The translations under genes were made by a program, and so were the position numbers. The notes under the pieces are model-generated. The model worked only from the letters and a program-made list of their open reading frames with translations, did no database searches and was not told the origin of the DNA. Positions 25,561 through 38,700 of a DNA stretch of 64,000 bases are shown in pieces. Every line of letters starts with the position of its first letter. Position 1 is the stretch's first letter. Source of the DNA: Lama glama (lineage: Eukaryota); assembly GCA_028534125.1 (NCBI GenBank), contig CM052818.1:9488001-9552000 (forward strand), given 5' to 3'.

Positions 25561-27553
25561 CCCATTCTTATCTCTGCTACCTTGTATAGTATCTGGCAAA
25601 TACATGTTGAATAATAGATGATTAAGACTCAACTCTGATTCTTAAGAACTGATGGTCTAATGGTTCATTTGTTCAGCAGGTAATTATTGAGACATCTGCC
25701 TTATGCAGAATTTGTATGTACCTTCACAAGTAATGACTGCTCATGATACTTTTAATTCATAGTTTAAAAAAAAAAAAGAGCCAGTAAAGGGATCCTGTCA
25801 GAGATATGGAAGATCAGATAACACTGACATGATTAGGAAAGGCTTTAAAGAAGATAAAGCTTTTGTAACCAGGACACAATTTTCTTAAGTAGAAAAATAA
25901 GGGAAGCATCTGATTTCACACAAAATAACATGAGTGAAAAATAAGTCTTAGGAAGCCACTGGTTATGTGCAGAATATTGAGTGGTTAGTTCAGTTTGGCT
26001 TCAGTTTGAGGAAGTATAGGAGGTAACTCTGGGAAGCTGGGTGGCCATTATTGTGGTCACAGGAAATTACTTGTATGTGTACAATAAAATAAAAGCATTA
26101 CTTTTGTAATTTAAAAACTGGGGTCTTCAAAGTTTTTGATCAAATAACAGGAATATGCTTTAACAAACTAGATCTGGTAACAGATTGAGAGCCAATATAC
26201 TTTTTCAAACAGTTTTTGAAGTGGCTTTCAAACTGTTATTGTTCATATATTCTTTAAATAATTTTGGGAAATCTAGGTATCCTCTCACAGATTTTTAAAT
26301 TTTAAGAAATTTCTAGAGCTTTCAGGTTTTTAACTTTTTTATTGTAGTTGATGCACAATACTATATAATTTACAGGTGTATAATACAGTGATCAATAATT
26401 TAAAGCTTACATACCATTTATTGTTACAAAATATTGGCTGTATTCCCTGTATTGTGCAATATAGCCTGGGCTTAAGTATTTTTAAAGGATATAATTTCCA
26501 GGTGATTGAAATTGATAAATACTTATTTTCTGTGACTACATGGTGGTGTCTTATATTTCTCTCATAAATAATTATTGTTACATGTATCTGGACATAGGTA
26601 ATCAAACCACGTAAATACACTTTGAATTTTGCCAAATAAGTATGAAACATTAAAAATGCAATTTTATTCAAAATATATGCTTTAGGAAGGATATGTGGCT
26701 TTAAAATTAATTTATATAGTCATAGATGGCTATTACTTATTAAGCTAGAATGACTATGTGTCCATTAAGTCTTTCACTACTTTATATTTGTATAGATATA
26801 AATTGTGAGAAGCCTTGTTTACAGTAGGAATGGAAGGAGTTTTGTTTAATAATGTTGTTTAGCTCTTTGAATTTCTTCTGAATTACATAGTAGAGATCAT
26901 ACTCTGATCTATCAAAGGAAATTATTTTAATATTCTCAGGTATCAGTTTGAGGGTCTTCTTTCTGTGAAGTATACCAAAATGGCTTTACCATTCTTTATC
27001 AAATGGATGCATTAATATATACGTTACTCTTTCACTTAGAGATACCGGCTTTCCTGGTAAACTCAGAGGAAGCAAAATAAAAGTATTGTTCATTTCAACA
27101 TGCTTTACCAACTCTTAATGTTTTGATAAAGTGTTTTTATCTTATCACAAGTGTTAAATTAATTTTGTCAAAACTTTGGCATTATGGGTGTTTAGGTCAT
27201 TAAGTGTCTAGATCTAAACTGATTAGCAAACATTGTTCATTGTTAAACTAGTTATTAGCCAATTTCATTTCTTTTTTAGTGAGTTTGACTTTATTTTCCA
27301 GTTCATGTAAATGCGTTACTCTTGTGTTTCCAAGAGAGTCATCTCACCTCTCAGTTATAAAATAGTCAAGGTATAATCTTACTATCAGTCTGTCAACTAT
27401 GTAAAATAAGCTGATACTCACTTTCCAGATAATCTTTCAGATTTACTTCTGTAGTTCTTAGAAACTAAGCATTGTACTATCTTTGACAATAGTGAGATGG
27501 AAGAGGTGAGGTCATTAATGGGAAATATTTTAAATTTTCCTTCATTTGGTGCC

Positions 27554-28120
27554 TGTGTCAGAGGTTCCCAGGACCACTCCCAGGTTCAGTAATTACTAGG
27601 ATTCAAAGGACTCAGCACTGTAATTCTATTCATGACAAAGCTTTATTATGGTAAAATAATAGAAAATGAAATCAACAAAAGAAAAAGCATGGGTCCAAGT
27701 CTGGTGGAAATCAGGTGCACCATTCTAAGCGCCTTCTCCCAATGGAGTTGCATAGACTGCGCTTAATTGCCCCAGCAATGAGTGTGACAACATGTATGAG
27801 GTATTGTCTACTGGGGAAGCTCTCTTGAGCCTAGAAGGCCAGGGGTTTTATCAGGGGATGGGTCATGGAGGTACATAATAACCTGCATAACTTACCACAG
27901 TCACTGAATTCCAGATTTCCAGGTGGAAAACAGGTATTCTGCATAAACCAAATACAAATAGTCACAGTGAGCCACTTTAATCACTTAGGGAAAGATTTAT
28001 AACAGAGGAGGGAATTGTTTACCATTCAAGTGTCCAAATGACAGCCAGTAGCCAGCCTTACAATGCAGCCTCTCTAAGGATAGCAGAGTCTCAGTCTTAA
28101 CGTTACCTCTTTTCTGCACA
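27554..28120 (-). mobile_element. ERVL-class solo LTR, MER21/MER77-like
   Basis: TG...CA ends; 5-bp TSD gtgcc/gtgct; reverse complement begins TGTGCAGAAAAGAGGTAAC...CTGCTATCCTTAG like the recalled MER21/MER77 consensus. Confidence 0.8.
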
Positions 28121-28873
28121 GTGCTCCTGGAGGTTTTATACCCCAGAACAATGTACCGTTGTAGTACTTGAGTTGGGTGAGGGAGATAATTTTCTTTGGG
28201 AGAGTAACAAAGGACCAATTAAAGAACAAGTGGGAAAGGTGACCCTTTCTCAGGCAGATTGAATTTAGGGAAAAGTACATCTAAAATACATTTTATTGCA
28301 CCTTAGTTTGAACTTAACTGGTATTGAAGTTGAGAGCTTGGTGTTCTGACTGTGGCACCTGCTAACTCTGTGACTCCAGGAAAGATTCTTAACCTTTTTT
28401 GTATTTTGTTTTGGGGCTTTTGAATAGTATCTGGCACTTGTAAGTGCTTATTATGGGTAAGTTGCTGCTGTTGCTGCTCCTGCTCTTTTAATTATTAGAA
28501 TGAAATAAAGAGAAACTTAAGTAACTGCAAAGAGAGTAGAGTCCTGAACAAAAACGTTTGTTCAATGAACGAAGTGGAAAATAATAATGTTGTAGATGGG
28601 ACTCCTAAGAATGAGCTATCAGGTATCGAGGGGAGGGAAGAGTAATGGTTAGCCTCCCACGCCTACCCCACTCCCACCCCATTTCTCTAAGAGAAGTGAA
28701 CATTGGGAATACTTTCAGATGATGGTATATGATGCTCCTTTAACTTTTTAAACAGTGTTTTAGTAAATTGTAGATTGTCATACAATCCAGTTTACTCTAT
28801 GTAACTTACTATATTTGGAAAATAATTAATTTCCAAACTTAGGTAACATACTTGGTCTTTCTCTTTTTTCTAG

Positions 28874-29057
28874 GAATTTTTAAGGGATATCTTCAATCTC
28901 CTGTTTTTGTTGCCTAGTCTAAAAGATAGACAACAGCCAAAGTGCAAATCACATTCTTCAAGAGCTGCTGCTTATGATTTGTTAGTGGAGATGGTAAAGG
29001 GGTCTGTTGAAAACTACAGGCTAATACATAACTGGGTTATGGCACAACACATGCAGT
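28874..29057 (+). CDS. USP34: USP34 exon w15: EFLRDIFNLLFLLPSLKDRQQPKCKS...NWVMAQHMQ(S)
   Basis: ttctag/GAA ... T/gtaagt; 184 nt, phase 0-1. Confidence 0.95.
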
Positions 29058-29490
29058 GTAAGTAGTCTTCTTTTCCTCTAATCTTTCTAAGTTTTGTTTG
29101 CAGAAATGAGATTTTGGAGGGTATGATTTAAAGTATTCACTATTTACACGTTTTAACTTTATAAACTGTTCCTATTGTTGACATAATTGAAGTTAAAAAT
29201 AAACATTGGTTTTTAAAAAAACAGGTATGATGGACTTTTTATAGATATCTGAAATACTTCAGCATTTGGGGATTAAATAATTCAGTGCCAAATAAAGTCA
29301 AGTTTTGATAGTCCTTTGAATTTTTAGGAATGAACTATTTTAATTATATATTCTTATTAATTAAAAAATTATCATAAATAATGTCATGTATATGAACTTA
29401 ATAAGTAATGGAGGTAGTAGCTGTGAATGAAAGCAAAATACATTAATAGTTGATTTGGGGGGCATCTTTTCCTTCCTCTTTTTTCAACAG

Positions 29491-29651
29491 CTCATGCACC
29501 TTACAAATGGGACTACTGGCCTCACGAAGATGTCCGTGCTGAGTGTAGATTTGTTGGCCTGACTAACCTTGGAGCTACTTGTTACTTGGCTTCTACTATT
29601 CAGCAACTTTATATGATACCTGAAGCAAGACAGGCTGTCTTCACTGCTAAG
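29491..29651 (+). CDS. USP34: USP34 exon w16, Cys box: HAPYKWDYWPHEDVRAECRFVGLTNLGATCYLASTIQQLYMIPEARQAVFTAK; catalytic Cys codon 29580-29582
   Basis: caacag/CT ... AAG/gtagag; USP motif GLxNxGxTCY. Confidence 0.97.
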
Positions 29652-30459
29652 GTAGAGTTTTCCTTATTTTAAAAATTAAAACCATAAAACAAAATTTAAA
29701 AATTTTGTTGATCAGTCTTGATTCACTGTAGTAAAATATTGTTTGAGAAGATAATTTTTGAATAAAAAAGTGACAAATTTGATTAAATTACTAGCTAGCT
29801 TATGTAAATTTCAATTATTTTTACATTTCAATGGGTTACTCCAAACAATGTAGTATATTTATCAAAGGAAAACACAGTTGTGGAATATACAGTATATCCA
29901 GTAAAAATGACATTTTCAGTAAAAATAAATACAAACTTTAATTATATAGAAAATAAGCAAAGCCTAAAACAAAGAAGGGAAATATTACCAGAATCACTGG
30001 ACTTGTTTCTTTTATACTTATCCTAAAGTAAATTTGATTGTGGGCCTACTTTGAGTAAACTCTGCTTTGTGATATTTTTGTTAACTTGTTCTTTCTAGTT
30101 TTCATTCTTTGCTAACCATGGGCTGTTTTTCAGTTTGCCTTCTGCACTGCTTTTATAATTTCTTAGCAAACTTTCTTATCCTTGCACTTTGGTTTTTGTT
30201 TTCCTCTATCTTACCCTGATATCCTGGCAATTTTCTCCTCTAACCAAGTATTGCAATTCTTTATGTATCTTCAGTGAATCCTTAATATGTTTAAGCTGTG
30301 CGTTAAGGTCTCCAATTTACTGTATACTTAAGTAGGTTTGTTTTTTGGCTTTAGTTATATTGATGTTTTTAAGTTTACCATCTGAGGCTGATTATGATTA
30401 GAAATAGTTGAATAATTGATTTCATTTAGTATGTGGAAATTTGTGAAAGCTACATGTAT

Positions 30460-31070
30460 TTTCATTGTGGTAGAATATACATGGCATAAAAAGTATCATA
30501 GTAAACATAAGTGTACAGTTCTGCGGTATTAAGTATATTCACATTGCAACCATCACCACCATAAGTCGCCAAAATTTTTTCACCTTCCCCAGCTGAAACT
30601 ATGTATCTGTTAAATACTTTACTTACCATTCTGTCTTCCCCCAAACCTTTGCAACCACTATTCTACTTCCAGTCTCTATGAATTTGGCTCTCTAGGTACC
30701 TATATAAGTAGAATCATACAATATTAGCCTTTTAGTGACTGGCTTATTTCACTTAGCATAATGTCTTCAGGATTTCATCCGTGTTGTAACTTGTATCAAA
30801 ATTTCCTTTTTAAAGTTGAATAATATTTCACTATATGCATATACTACATTTTGTTTATCCATTCATCTGTCAGTGGACACTTTGTGGTTGCTTACACCTT
30901 TTGGCTATTGTGAATAATACTGCTATGAGGATGAGTGTACAAATATCCATGAGAGTCCCTGCTTTCACTTCTTTTGTGTATATACCCAGAAGTGGAATTG
31001 CTTGAATCATATGGCAATTACCATTTTCTATTTTCTTGATAGTAGCCATCCTAATGAGCGTGAACATGTA
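30460..31070 (-). mobile_element. L1MB-type 3' end
   Basis: Minus-strand remnant QAIPLLGIYTKEVK...AVLFTIAKRCKQP of the ORF2 C-terminus plus 3'UTR. Confidence 0.85.
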
Positions 31071-32265
31071 TTCTTTTAAGTAGTAAATACACACATATGT
31101 AGGGTGTATATTTACTTAGAAATTGTGTATTTGGTTTTATTGGATTTAAATAATTCATTCACTTCTGCAGCCAACTAAGAATTTATTCTCCTGAACAAAA
31201 ATGTAAATCCAGGTCTTAATTCCTAACTATTTCTTATTCTGAATTACTAACAATTTGCATGTATAATGTTATATACTAGAAATGTCATTTAATGTGACTG
31301 TTCTCATAATCTCATGGAATATTAAGCCTCCCATATGCCAAGACTATACTGTAGTTGTTTTTGTCAATTTTGTTGATTCCTTTTATTCAATTCCTCTTGC
31401 ACTTACTATCGTATAATTTAGTAGTAATTATATGATGAACAGATTTCTATTTCAGAGTCCTTGTCTTGTGCTATTTCACTTGCACTCCCCACAAAATTGA
31501 CATAACTAGTGGATACTTGTGGCATATTTGAGACTTATTATTCAATGAGACTATCAGCATGTCTTTAAAATTATAACAGGTAGTAATTTGTAATGAGGAT
31601 ATTAACTACTTCATGGGTGTATTTTAATATTTGAATGAGATAGAGTATATCTAACAAGTGCCTGACATGAATGTGGGGCTCTCCTATAAGACTGGTGTTG
31701 GAGGACCAAGTCTATTCGTGAATGAGTCTAGCCAGAATCCTGAATCTCAATTAATGTACTTGAATATTTAGAAAAATTTTCAAAAGATCTTGGCCAGTAT
31801 TCCCCTGCAGTGTTAAGAATCTGCTGTTCTAGAAAAAAGTAAAGATATGAATAGGTGAGGAGGATGGGTTGTCATCTGTTAATATAATGTATTTTTTAAT
31901 GTATGGGTTTATTTGTGGAAAACAACTTTGCTGCACAAATAGAAGATGTTTTTTCTTCTTGCAAAATCTCCAACTTGTAAATCAGCATTGAACCGAGTAA
32001 GTGTTGATCTGGAAAGCAGTTTTTTAAGATCTGTTTATTCAGTTTCTTTACATAACAGTGATGACTGTATTTATATCATGAACAAAATACTCCAATTTTT
32101 AAAATGTTAAAATTGCTAAAGGAAAAATATATTGTGTCTGTTTTTCCCACATATGGCTAAAAGAATGAAAACAGATAGTGTTAAGCACACTGTAATTCTT
32201 TTGTAGAATGTCTGATTTATCATCATCAGTATGTCTTAATGAAAAGTTTTTTTCTTGATTTACAG

Positions 32266-32331
32266 TATTCCGAAGATATGAAGCACAAGACCACTCTTCT
32301 GGAGCTTCAAAAAATGTTTACATATTTAATG
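32266..32331 (+). CDS. USP34: USP34 exon w17: YSEDMKHKTTLLELQKMFTYLM
   Basis: ttacag/TAT ... ATG/gtatgt; 66 nt. Confidence 0.95.
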
Positions 32332-33654
32332 GTATGTTTGAGAATTGTGTATGGAAAACTAACTAGATATACCCTTTGACCAAAAGTGAAAACATTAATT
32401 GGTGTTTATTTGTGTTGACTTTGTCCTGACTATATATTCTTATTTTTCAAATTGAATTTGTCAGTTACTGATGTTCTTTGTCATAATGAATTTTAACAGT
32501 CACATTTCAGTCATTTACATTTTGTTAATTTATCCTTTGGAAAATTTCTTGTATCTGATCCTTTTCCCATCATGAGGCCACTCCCCCAGTACTCCCCTTA
32601 CCCCTTAGTGTTAGGGTTTTCTGACCAATTTCTCTTTATCTCTCTTAATTCCCACCCCTAAAACTATCAAAGTAATCAATCTTGAAAGAATAGCAAATCT
32701 TAAAATATTACTGTCCTAGTTAAAGCTCTTAAGTGATTTTTTTATTATGAACAGAATGGTATTCAGATTTAATCAGCATAGCGCATACCCCGTGTGATTT
32801 TTGCCTTTTCTCTTTAACCTCCTCTCCACATCCAGCCTTACCCTGTAGTAACCGTAAGCCTTTAGAAGTCCTTCACCCTGTTGCTTCATCACTTGTGCAG
32901 TTACTATCTTGCTCCTTCTGTCTGTGGCTCTCTTCTGTTAGTGCTCTTCTCCATTTTCTTCCTTTTGTTATCCTTCGAGAATCAACTTGATTTTCTTGAG
33001 AAAGCCTCCCCTCTAAGAGACCAAAAATTGCAGAATATCTCTACGTCACCTTAATTCTGTTTTACCATCTTTTGTATTGACAGTTACTTGTCTCACCTGT
33101 TAGAATCTTAAGGACAGAAATCATACCATGTTTATTCCTGTGTATTTCAGCTTCTAAGATTTAATGAGACTTTTTAACAAAAAGATTAGTTGAGTCCACT
33201 TTTAAATCTCCTTTTTTAAGAGCGTTGGAACATGCCATCTGAATGACAAAGCAGTTTTACTGCTGTTTTAAACTACTCAACAAAAGTTTAGTTTATGGGA
33301 AGCTTAATCACTCTGCAGAGACTTTGTATTTTATGCTTCCCAATGCAAATCTGTGTCCTTTGAGTCCCATATTCCTTCCTAGACATTTCTAGACTTAAAA
33401 AATAAAACTTTCTTAACTTATGGTAGGTTAAGCATCTCTGGCACTGAGAATGTTAAACTGAAAATGCCGTGAAAATTAAAAAAATGAAATAGTAGAGAGT
33501 GTTTTAGTACTTCATAGATTTACTACCTGTTTTGTTGTTGTTTTTTATTCAAAAACCTTGTGATAATTTTTATTTCTATTTGCGACTTAGAGTTGTTTAT
33601 TTGATTGTTTTATAATCCTACTCCTTCCCCCCGACCCCTCCTTTTCTTTTACAG

Positions 33655-33801
33655 GAAAGTGAATGCAAAGCATATAATCCTAGACCCTTTTGTAAAACGT
33701 ATACTATGGATAAACAGCCTCTGAATACTGGGGAGCAGAAAGATATGACAGAGTTTTTTACTGATCTTATTACTAAAATTGAAGAAATGTCTCCAGAACT
33801 G
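33655..33801 (+). CDS. USP34: USP34 exon w18: ESECKAYNPRPFCKTYTMDKQPLNTGEQKDMTEFFTDLITKIEEMSPEL
   Basis: ttacag/GAA ... CTG/gttagt; 147 nt; Q-box variant EQKDMTEF. Confidence 0.96.
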
Positions 33802-33905
33802 GTTAGTACTAGAATATTGAAGTTTCTTTGAAATTTGTATGGATTTGCCCAATTTTAATTACTGACTTTTGTTTTTGTTTTGTTTTGTTTTGTTTTGTTT
33901 TAAAG

Positions 33906-33962
33906 AAAAATACTGTCAAAAGTTTGTTTGGGGGTGTAATTACAAACAATGTTGTGTCCTTG
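33906..33962 (+). CDS. USP34: USP34 exon w19: KNTVKSLFGGVITNNVVSL
   Basis: ttaaag/AAA ... TTG/gtaagt; 57 nt; USP 'LFGG' motif. Confidence 0.94.
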
Positions 33963-34054
33963 GTAAGTATTCTACCTATTCTTTGCTTTTTGGAAATCTT
34001 AATGTATATTTTAGCTTATGATAAATGACTAATTTTTTACTATTAACTGACCAG

Positions 34055-34132
34055 GATTGTGAACACGTTAGTCAGACTGCTGAAGAGTTTTACACAGTGA
34101 GGTGCCAGGTGGCTGATATGAAGAACATTTAT
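34055..34132 (+). CDS. USP34: USP34 exon w20: DCEHVSQTAEEFYTVRCQVADMKNIY
   Basis: gaccag/GAT ... TAT/gtgagt; 78 nt. Confidence 0.95.
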
Positions 34133-34512
34133 GTGAGTAATGCTGTATATATTTGTTAACATTTTTCTGCTTTTAACTGGTTGTACATAGCAGGCTTATG
34201 TTGTTACCTTGAAAAAAACATTAACTTCGATGTTTTCATCTATTTTCTTCTTGTGATGCTACTCAAATAAAAATTAAAGGCAGACCACAAAGCTGATTTT
34301 TCCCAATCAAAAGTTAAATACTTGAGGTTTTGAATAATTTGTAAGATTCATAGAGCATCTTGTGTTTTTACTACATTTGAGTTCACTTTTTTAAAAACTT
34401 TGTTTTCCTCTGTGCATTCTACCCAAATTGTAATTAATGCTTTTTATATTTTTGCATGTTGTAAACAATAATATGAAATAATATTCATTTGAAAATATGT
34501 GTTTATACACAG

Positions 34513-34607
34513 GAATCTCTTGATGAAGTCACTATTAAAGACACTTTAGAAGGTGACAACATGTATACTTGTTCTCATTGTGGGAAGAAAGTACGAGCTG
34601 AAAAAAG
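34513..34607 (+). CDS. USP34: USP34 exon w21: ESLDEVTIKDTLEGDNMYTCSHCGKKVRAEK(R)
   Basis: acacag/GAA ... AG/gtttgc; 95 nt, phase 0-2; CxxC of the fingers subdomain. Confidence 0.95.
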
Positions 34608-36824
34608 GTTTGCTTTTGAAACATAATTTTTATGATTTTGATAAATCATCAAATGGAAGTAAAACACAGACTTAGGATAAATTAATGTTAAACTTCTATG
34701 AAAATCATGTGGTTAAGGTTATGGTCAGCTGCTTGGAGCTCCTTCTCATACAGCAATTTTTCATTTAGTTACTCAAGTAACCTTTCAAGCATTCTTACAT
34801 TTTTTCAGATTTTTTCCCCTTATTATTAATCAAATGTTTACCAACATCTATATAACTGCTTAGCTGTCTACCATGCACTCAATAGAGCATGATAAAGAGT
34901 CTACTCTTGAACTGAATACCTTTTCTGAATCTCTAAAGTGAGAGATTTTTTTCTCAAGAGCCAGCCATAAGGTGGTTGGTTTAGGACAAAGTAGTTGGAT
35001 AAAGATGTTTCAATTCTACAGATGAACATTGAGTGACAAATAGAAATTAGATTGAAAGAGCATCTTATGCAGTTAGTTACTAGGAACAAAGGCAGAAAAT
35101 TAGAGGTATAACTTTATATGTACAGGAAGTCTGGGATTGGGCCATCCCTGCCTCAGGTAGATGATTTGCACTTACCAATAATAGAGAATAAAATTGGTAA
35201 TATACAGTGACATCAAATGATTAAAATATAGATTTGAGGATTATCTGCATAATTAATTGATTGAAGCTATCAGAACATCTGCCTGAGAAAACATAACTGT
35301 TGCAAAGAACTCAGACCTAAGCCTGACTAAAAGTGCAGAGGAAAAAGTGACAGAATGGAAGCCAGGAAAGAAAAAGTCAGGATAGATAGGATTGTAATGC
35401 AGAAACTGGGAAAGAGAATGTCAAGAAGTTACTCATTCAAGTGACATAGTCCACAGAGATGGGAAAAAAAAATAACAGCTGAGTAAAATCACTGGATTTT
35501 TTTGAAAAGGTAGTTTAGTGATGTGTTTTGTGAGGCTGTAACAATAGAAGCAGAGTCATCAGAATATATGGTGTCAAGTATAGATATTTTAGAAGTATGA
35601 CAATAAGAAAACAGCAAGGAAGATGGAATCTAGAAAGAGCTTTGGGATCGAACAGAGGAGCTTTCTGCATGAAGTAGATCTGAGCATGTTTGAAGGCAAA
35701 GAATGAAAAGCCATGTCTTAGAATTGCTTAATAGATTTTTCCAGGTGAGTATACATTTGAAAAGAATATTTTTCTCAATCTCCAGAAGTCAAACTGGTTG
35801 CAAGAGAGAAAAGTTGTAGATGGACATGCTCAAAAGAAAGCATAGCTATACAGACAGTTACAGGTAGAAGACAAACTTATCTGACTAGAATTGGGTCAGG
35901 CCAAGAATTAAGGACTTACACAGAATGGAGTCAGTCAAAAGTTTGTTACTGTGGAGGAATATAAAGAGTCAATAAAAGATAATTGAGAGGCTGAATTCTT
36001 TGGAGAATCTTTTAGTTGAAATAAATAAACTTATTGAATAAATCTTTGATGTTCAAAGATTTGATAACTTTTGACTTCTTGAAACATTCCCTTCTTTTGG
36101 CTAATATGATTCTACTGTTTTTTTGAAATACTGTTAAATCTCTCCCAGGCAAAGTATTATTCAGACGTTTTGTGCTCTTATACTTTTAAATGTCTATAAT
36201 AACATAGTAAGTGTTAAATAGAAATGGGCCAAGGATCATATTCTGTTCTGTCTTCAAACCTTTGGTTTCCTCAGTTTATTCATTCTTTCCTGAATAATTT
36301 TACCTATAAATTCTAACATCAATTTCTGCTGAAATGCTAATGCATCCCAAATCATTTTATCTAATTCAGAATGCTGCACAAGTCCTTTAATGATTCTTAG
36401 CTCTCACGATAAAGTTCATACTCTAACATTATCCATAAGGCTGTTCATCTTTTGATTCCTTTATGCTTCATAACCTCATCATTTACCAGTCTCCCAAATA
36501 ACCAGTAATTATGAATTTTCAGAGTTTTTTTCCCTCTGCTTGTGACTTAGTTCCCCTACCTTCCCTGTCTCCCTAAATTCCTATTAAAAGAAAAAAATTA
36601 AGCTTGGTTTAAACAAATTCTGGTTTGAATCCTTTATACAGTGAAGAATTATTCCCTGAAATTCGTATTTTTCATAAATCCAAGTTTTTAATATGTATTT
36701 TATTTAAACTGAAATTTTGTTCTTTCAGACCTGAACTAGCAGTAAGTCACACCATAAAATTTAGGTAACCAGTTGACCTGCTGCTGCTATTGCTATTACT
36801 ATTTTGGTTGTAATATCAGGCAAC

Positions 36825-37050
36825 ACTCATTGAATGCTATTTGCCAGGCAGTGTTCTAAAAGTAGTAAGGAGTAGGTACTTTAATTTCCATTTCACAAAT
36901 CAAAGATTAAGCTCAGATGGGTTAAGTAACTTCTTTAGGGTCATACATCTGATAATTGAGACAGCCAGACTTAGCAATTCTAAGTGCACAAAAATTAATT
37001 CTTATTTAAAGTGGAGAAGAAAACTCTGAACCCAGGACCTCTTGCCTTTG
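36825..37050 (-). mobile_element. MIR fragment; strand tentative
   Basis: 'tgccaggcagtgttctaa...ccatttcacaaatcaaagattaagctcagatgggttaagtaactt'. Confidence 0.6.
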
Positions 37051-37378
37051 GAATATGTTGTGACTCCTGTTTATGCATCCATAGCACCTCTACATGTCTT
37101 TGTCATGGTATATACCACAGTCTGCTATCGTTTTTTGTATTTTTTATCTAGACACAGGAAAGCCCTTTCATAATGGGAGAAGGCATGTAAGAGGGGAATA
37201 GATTGATTAGCTTGATTGATTGTGGATTTGATAAGAGCATGATTTTGAGTACTATTTATTATTTAGTCTGAGTTGAGTATTGAAATAAGTGTAATGTAAA
37301 GGTAATTGGTAACAGCTGGAGTACTTTTGAAAGGTAATTTTTAACAAATTTTTTTTGTTTTTTTTGTTTGCCTTTCAG

Positions 37379-37551
37379 AGCATGTTTTAAGAAATTGCCT
37401 CGCATTCTGAGTTTCAATACTATGAGATACACATTTAATATGGTCACAATGATGAAAGAGAAAGTGAACACACACTTTTCCTTCCCATTACGTTTGGATA
37501 TGACACCTTATACAGAAGACTTTCTCATGGGAAAGAGTGACAGAAAAGAAG
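37379..37551 (+). CDS. USP34: USP34 exon w22: ACFKKLPRILSFNTMRYTFNMVTMMKEKVNTHFSFPLRLDMTPYTEDFLMGKSDRKE(G)
   Basis: tttcag/A ... G/gtaatt; 173 nt, phase 2-1; LPxIL and FPxxLDM motifs. Confidence 0.96.
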
Positions 37552-37699
37552 GTAATTTTCCCTCTCTTTCTCTTGCCTATATTTATTGTAAGTTTCCATA
37601 ACAAGATAATCATAATTATAAAGTTGCAATCAACTACACTTTTAACAAAATTAAATTGAATAGTAGAAAGGAGAATGTTTTTAAAAGACAGTATGGCAT

Positions 37700-38700
37700 A
37701 TTCAGTCAATTGACCAATATTTTGTGTCTACAAGGACTATGTTTCTGGCACCTTTCTTGGGCTTTGGGACACAGTAGTGAATGAGATAAACATGCTACCT
37801 GCCTTTGAAGAGCTTAAGTCTAGTGGGCACATGGTATATTGAATAAAAGTTAAAAACATGATGTGTTGTCAGATAGTGAATGTATCACAGATTGAGGGGA
37901 ATCAGGGAGGGCTTTCAGGACAAGGTGACATTTAAGCAGAGCTTGAGTAAGAACCAGACTGAGTGGAATGGATATACTCTATGTTGGGGGTGGGATGGGG
38001 ACAGCACTTAGTAGGTTGATGAGATTAGGCAAAAGGGTAGCAGCCAGATTTTGTTTGTAGGCCATGTTAGTAATTTTGATCTTTATTTCAGTGTGAAACA
38101 GTGGAAAGTTTTAAGCAGGGAACTGAGATAATCACATGGGATCTGGAAAAGGTTATTGTGACTATAGCCGTAGAGATGAATTAGAGAATGATAAAAGGAG
38201 TGTGGGGAGGCCACTATAGTAAACCATAGAAATGGTAGCATAGATAAGATAGCATACCAGTAGGGTTGGAGAGAAGTGTATGTTGAAAGAGTGAACAGAA
38301 TTTAATGACTCCATGAATAAATAAATCCAACAAAGTTACTGAACATTTATCTACTATGTAACTTGCTGTTACAGGAATGGGAATTTAGTGACAACAGAGA
38401 ACAAGGTCTTTGTCCCTATGAAGCTTACAGTTTTGTCAGTCTGCTATTAGAGGGAGGAGGAAAAGTTAACAGCGGTTTCTGGCTTGATCAGCTAGGTGAA
38501 TAGGATGAGTATTTCAGGATCTCAGGAAAGAGGGAATGTGGTCAGAAGTATTAAATGCTAAAGAAAAGGAATAGTTCCAGTAATAACATGACTGAAAATT
38601 AACTAATACATTGGAGGTCTTTTGGTTATCAGAACAGTTTAAGTTTGGTGATGTAATAGAAAGTCAGGTTACACTGAGTTAAAAATGGCATTTGGCTTGT
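37700..38700 (-). mobile_element. Degenerate L2 fragments (approximate)
   Basis: 'attcagtcaattgaccaatattttgtgtctac', 'gaagagcttaagtctagtggg', 'ttttaagcagggaactgagataatc'. Confidence 0.55.

Noticed and set aside
25417..25614. Thr/Ser/Pro-rich ORF
   Set aside because: It is the translation of a simple-repeat tract.
26205..26240. Inverted repeat aacagtttttgaa...ttcaaaactgtt as a pre-miRNA
   Set aside because: The stem is only ~12 bp and AT-rich, too short for a miRNA hairpin.
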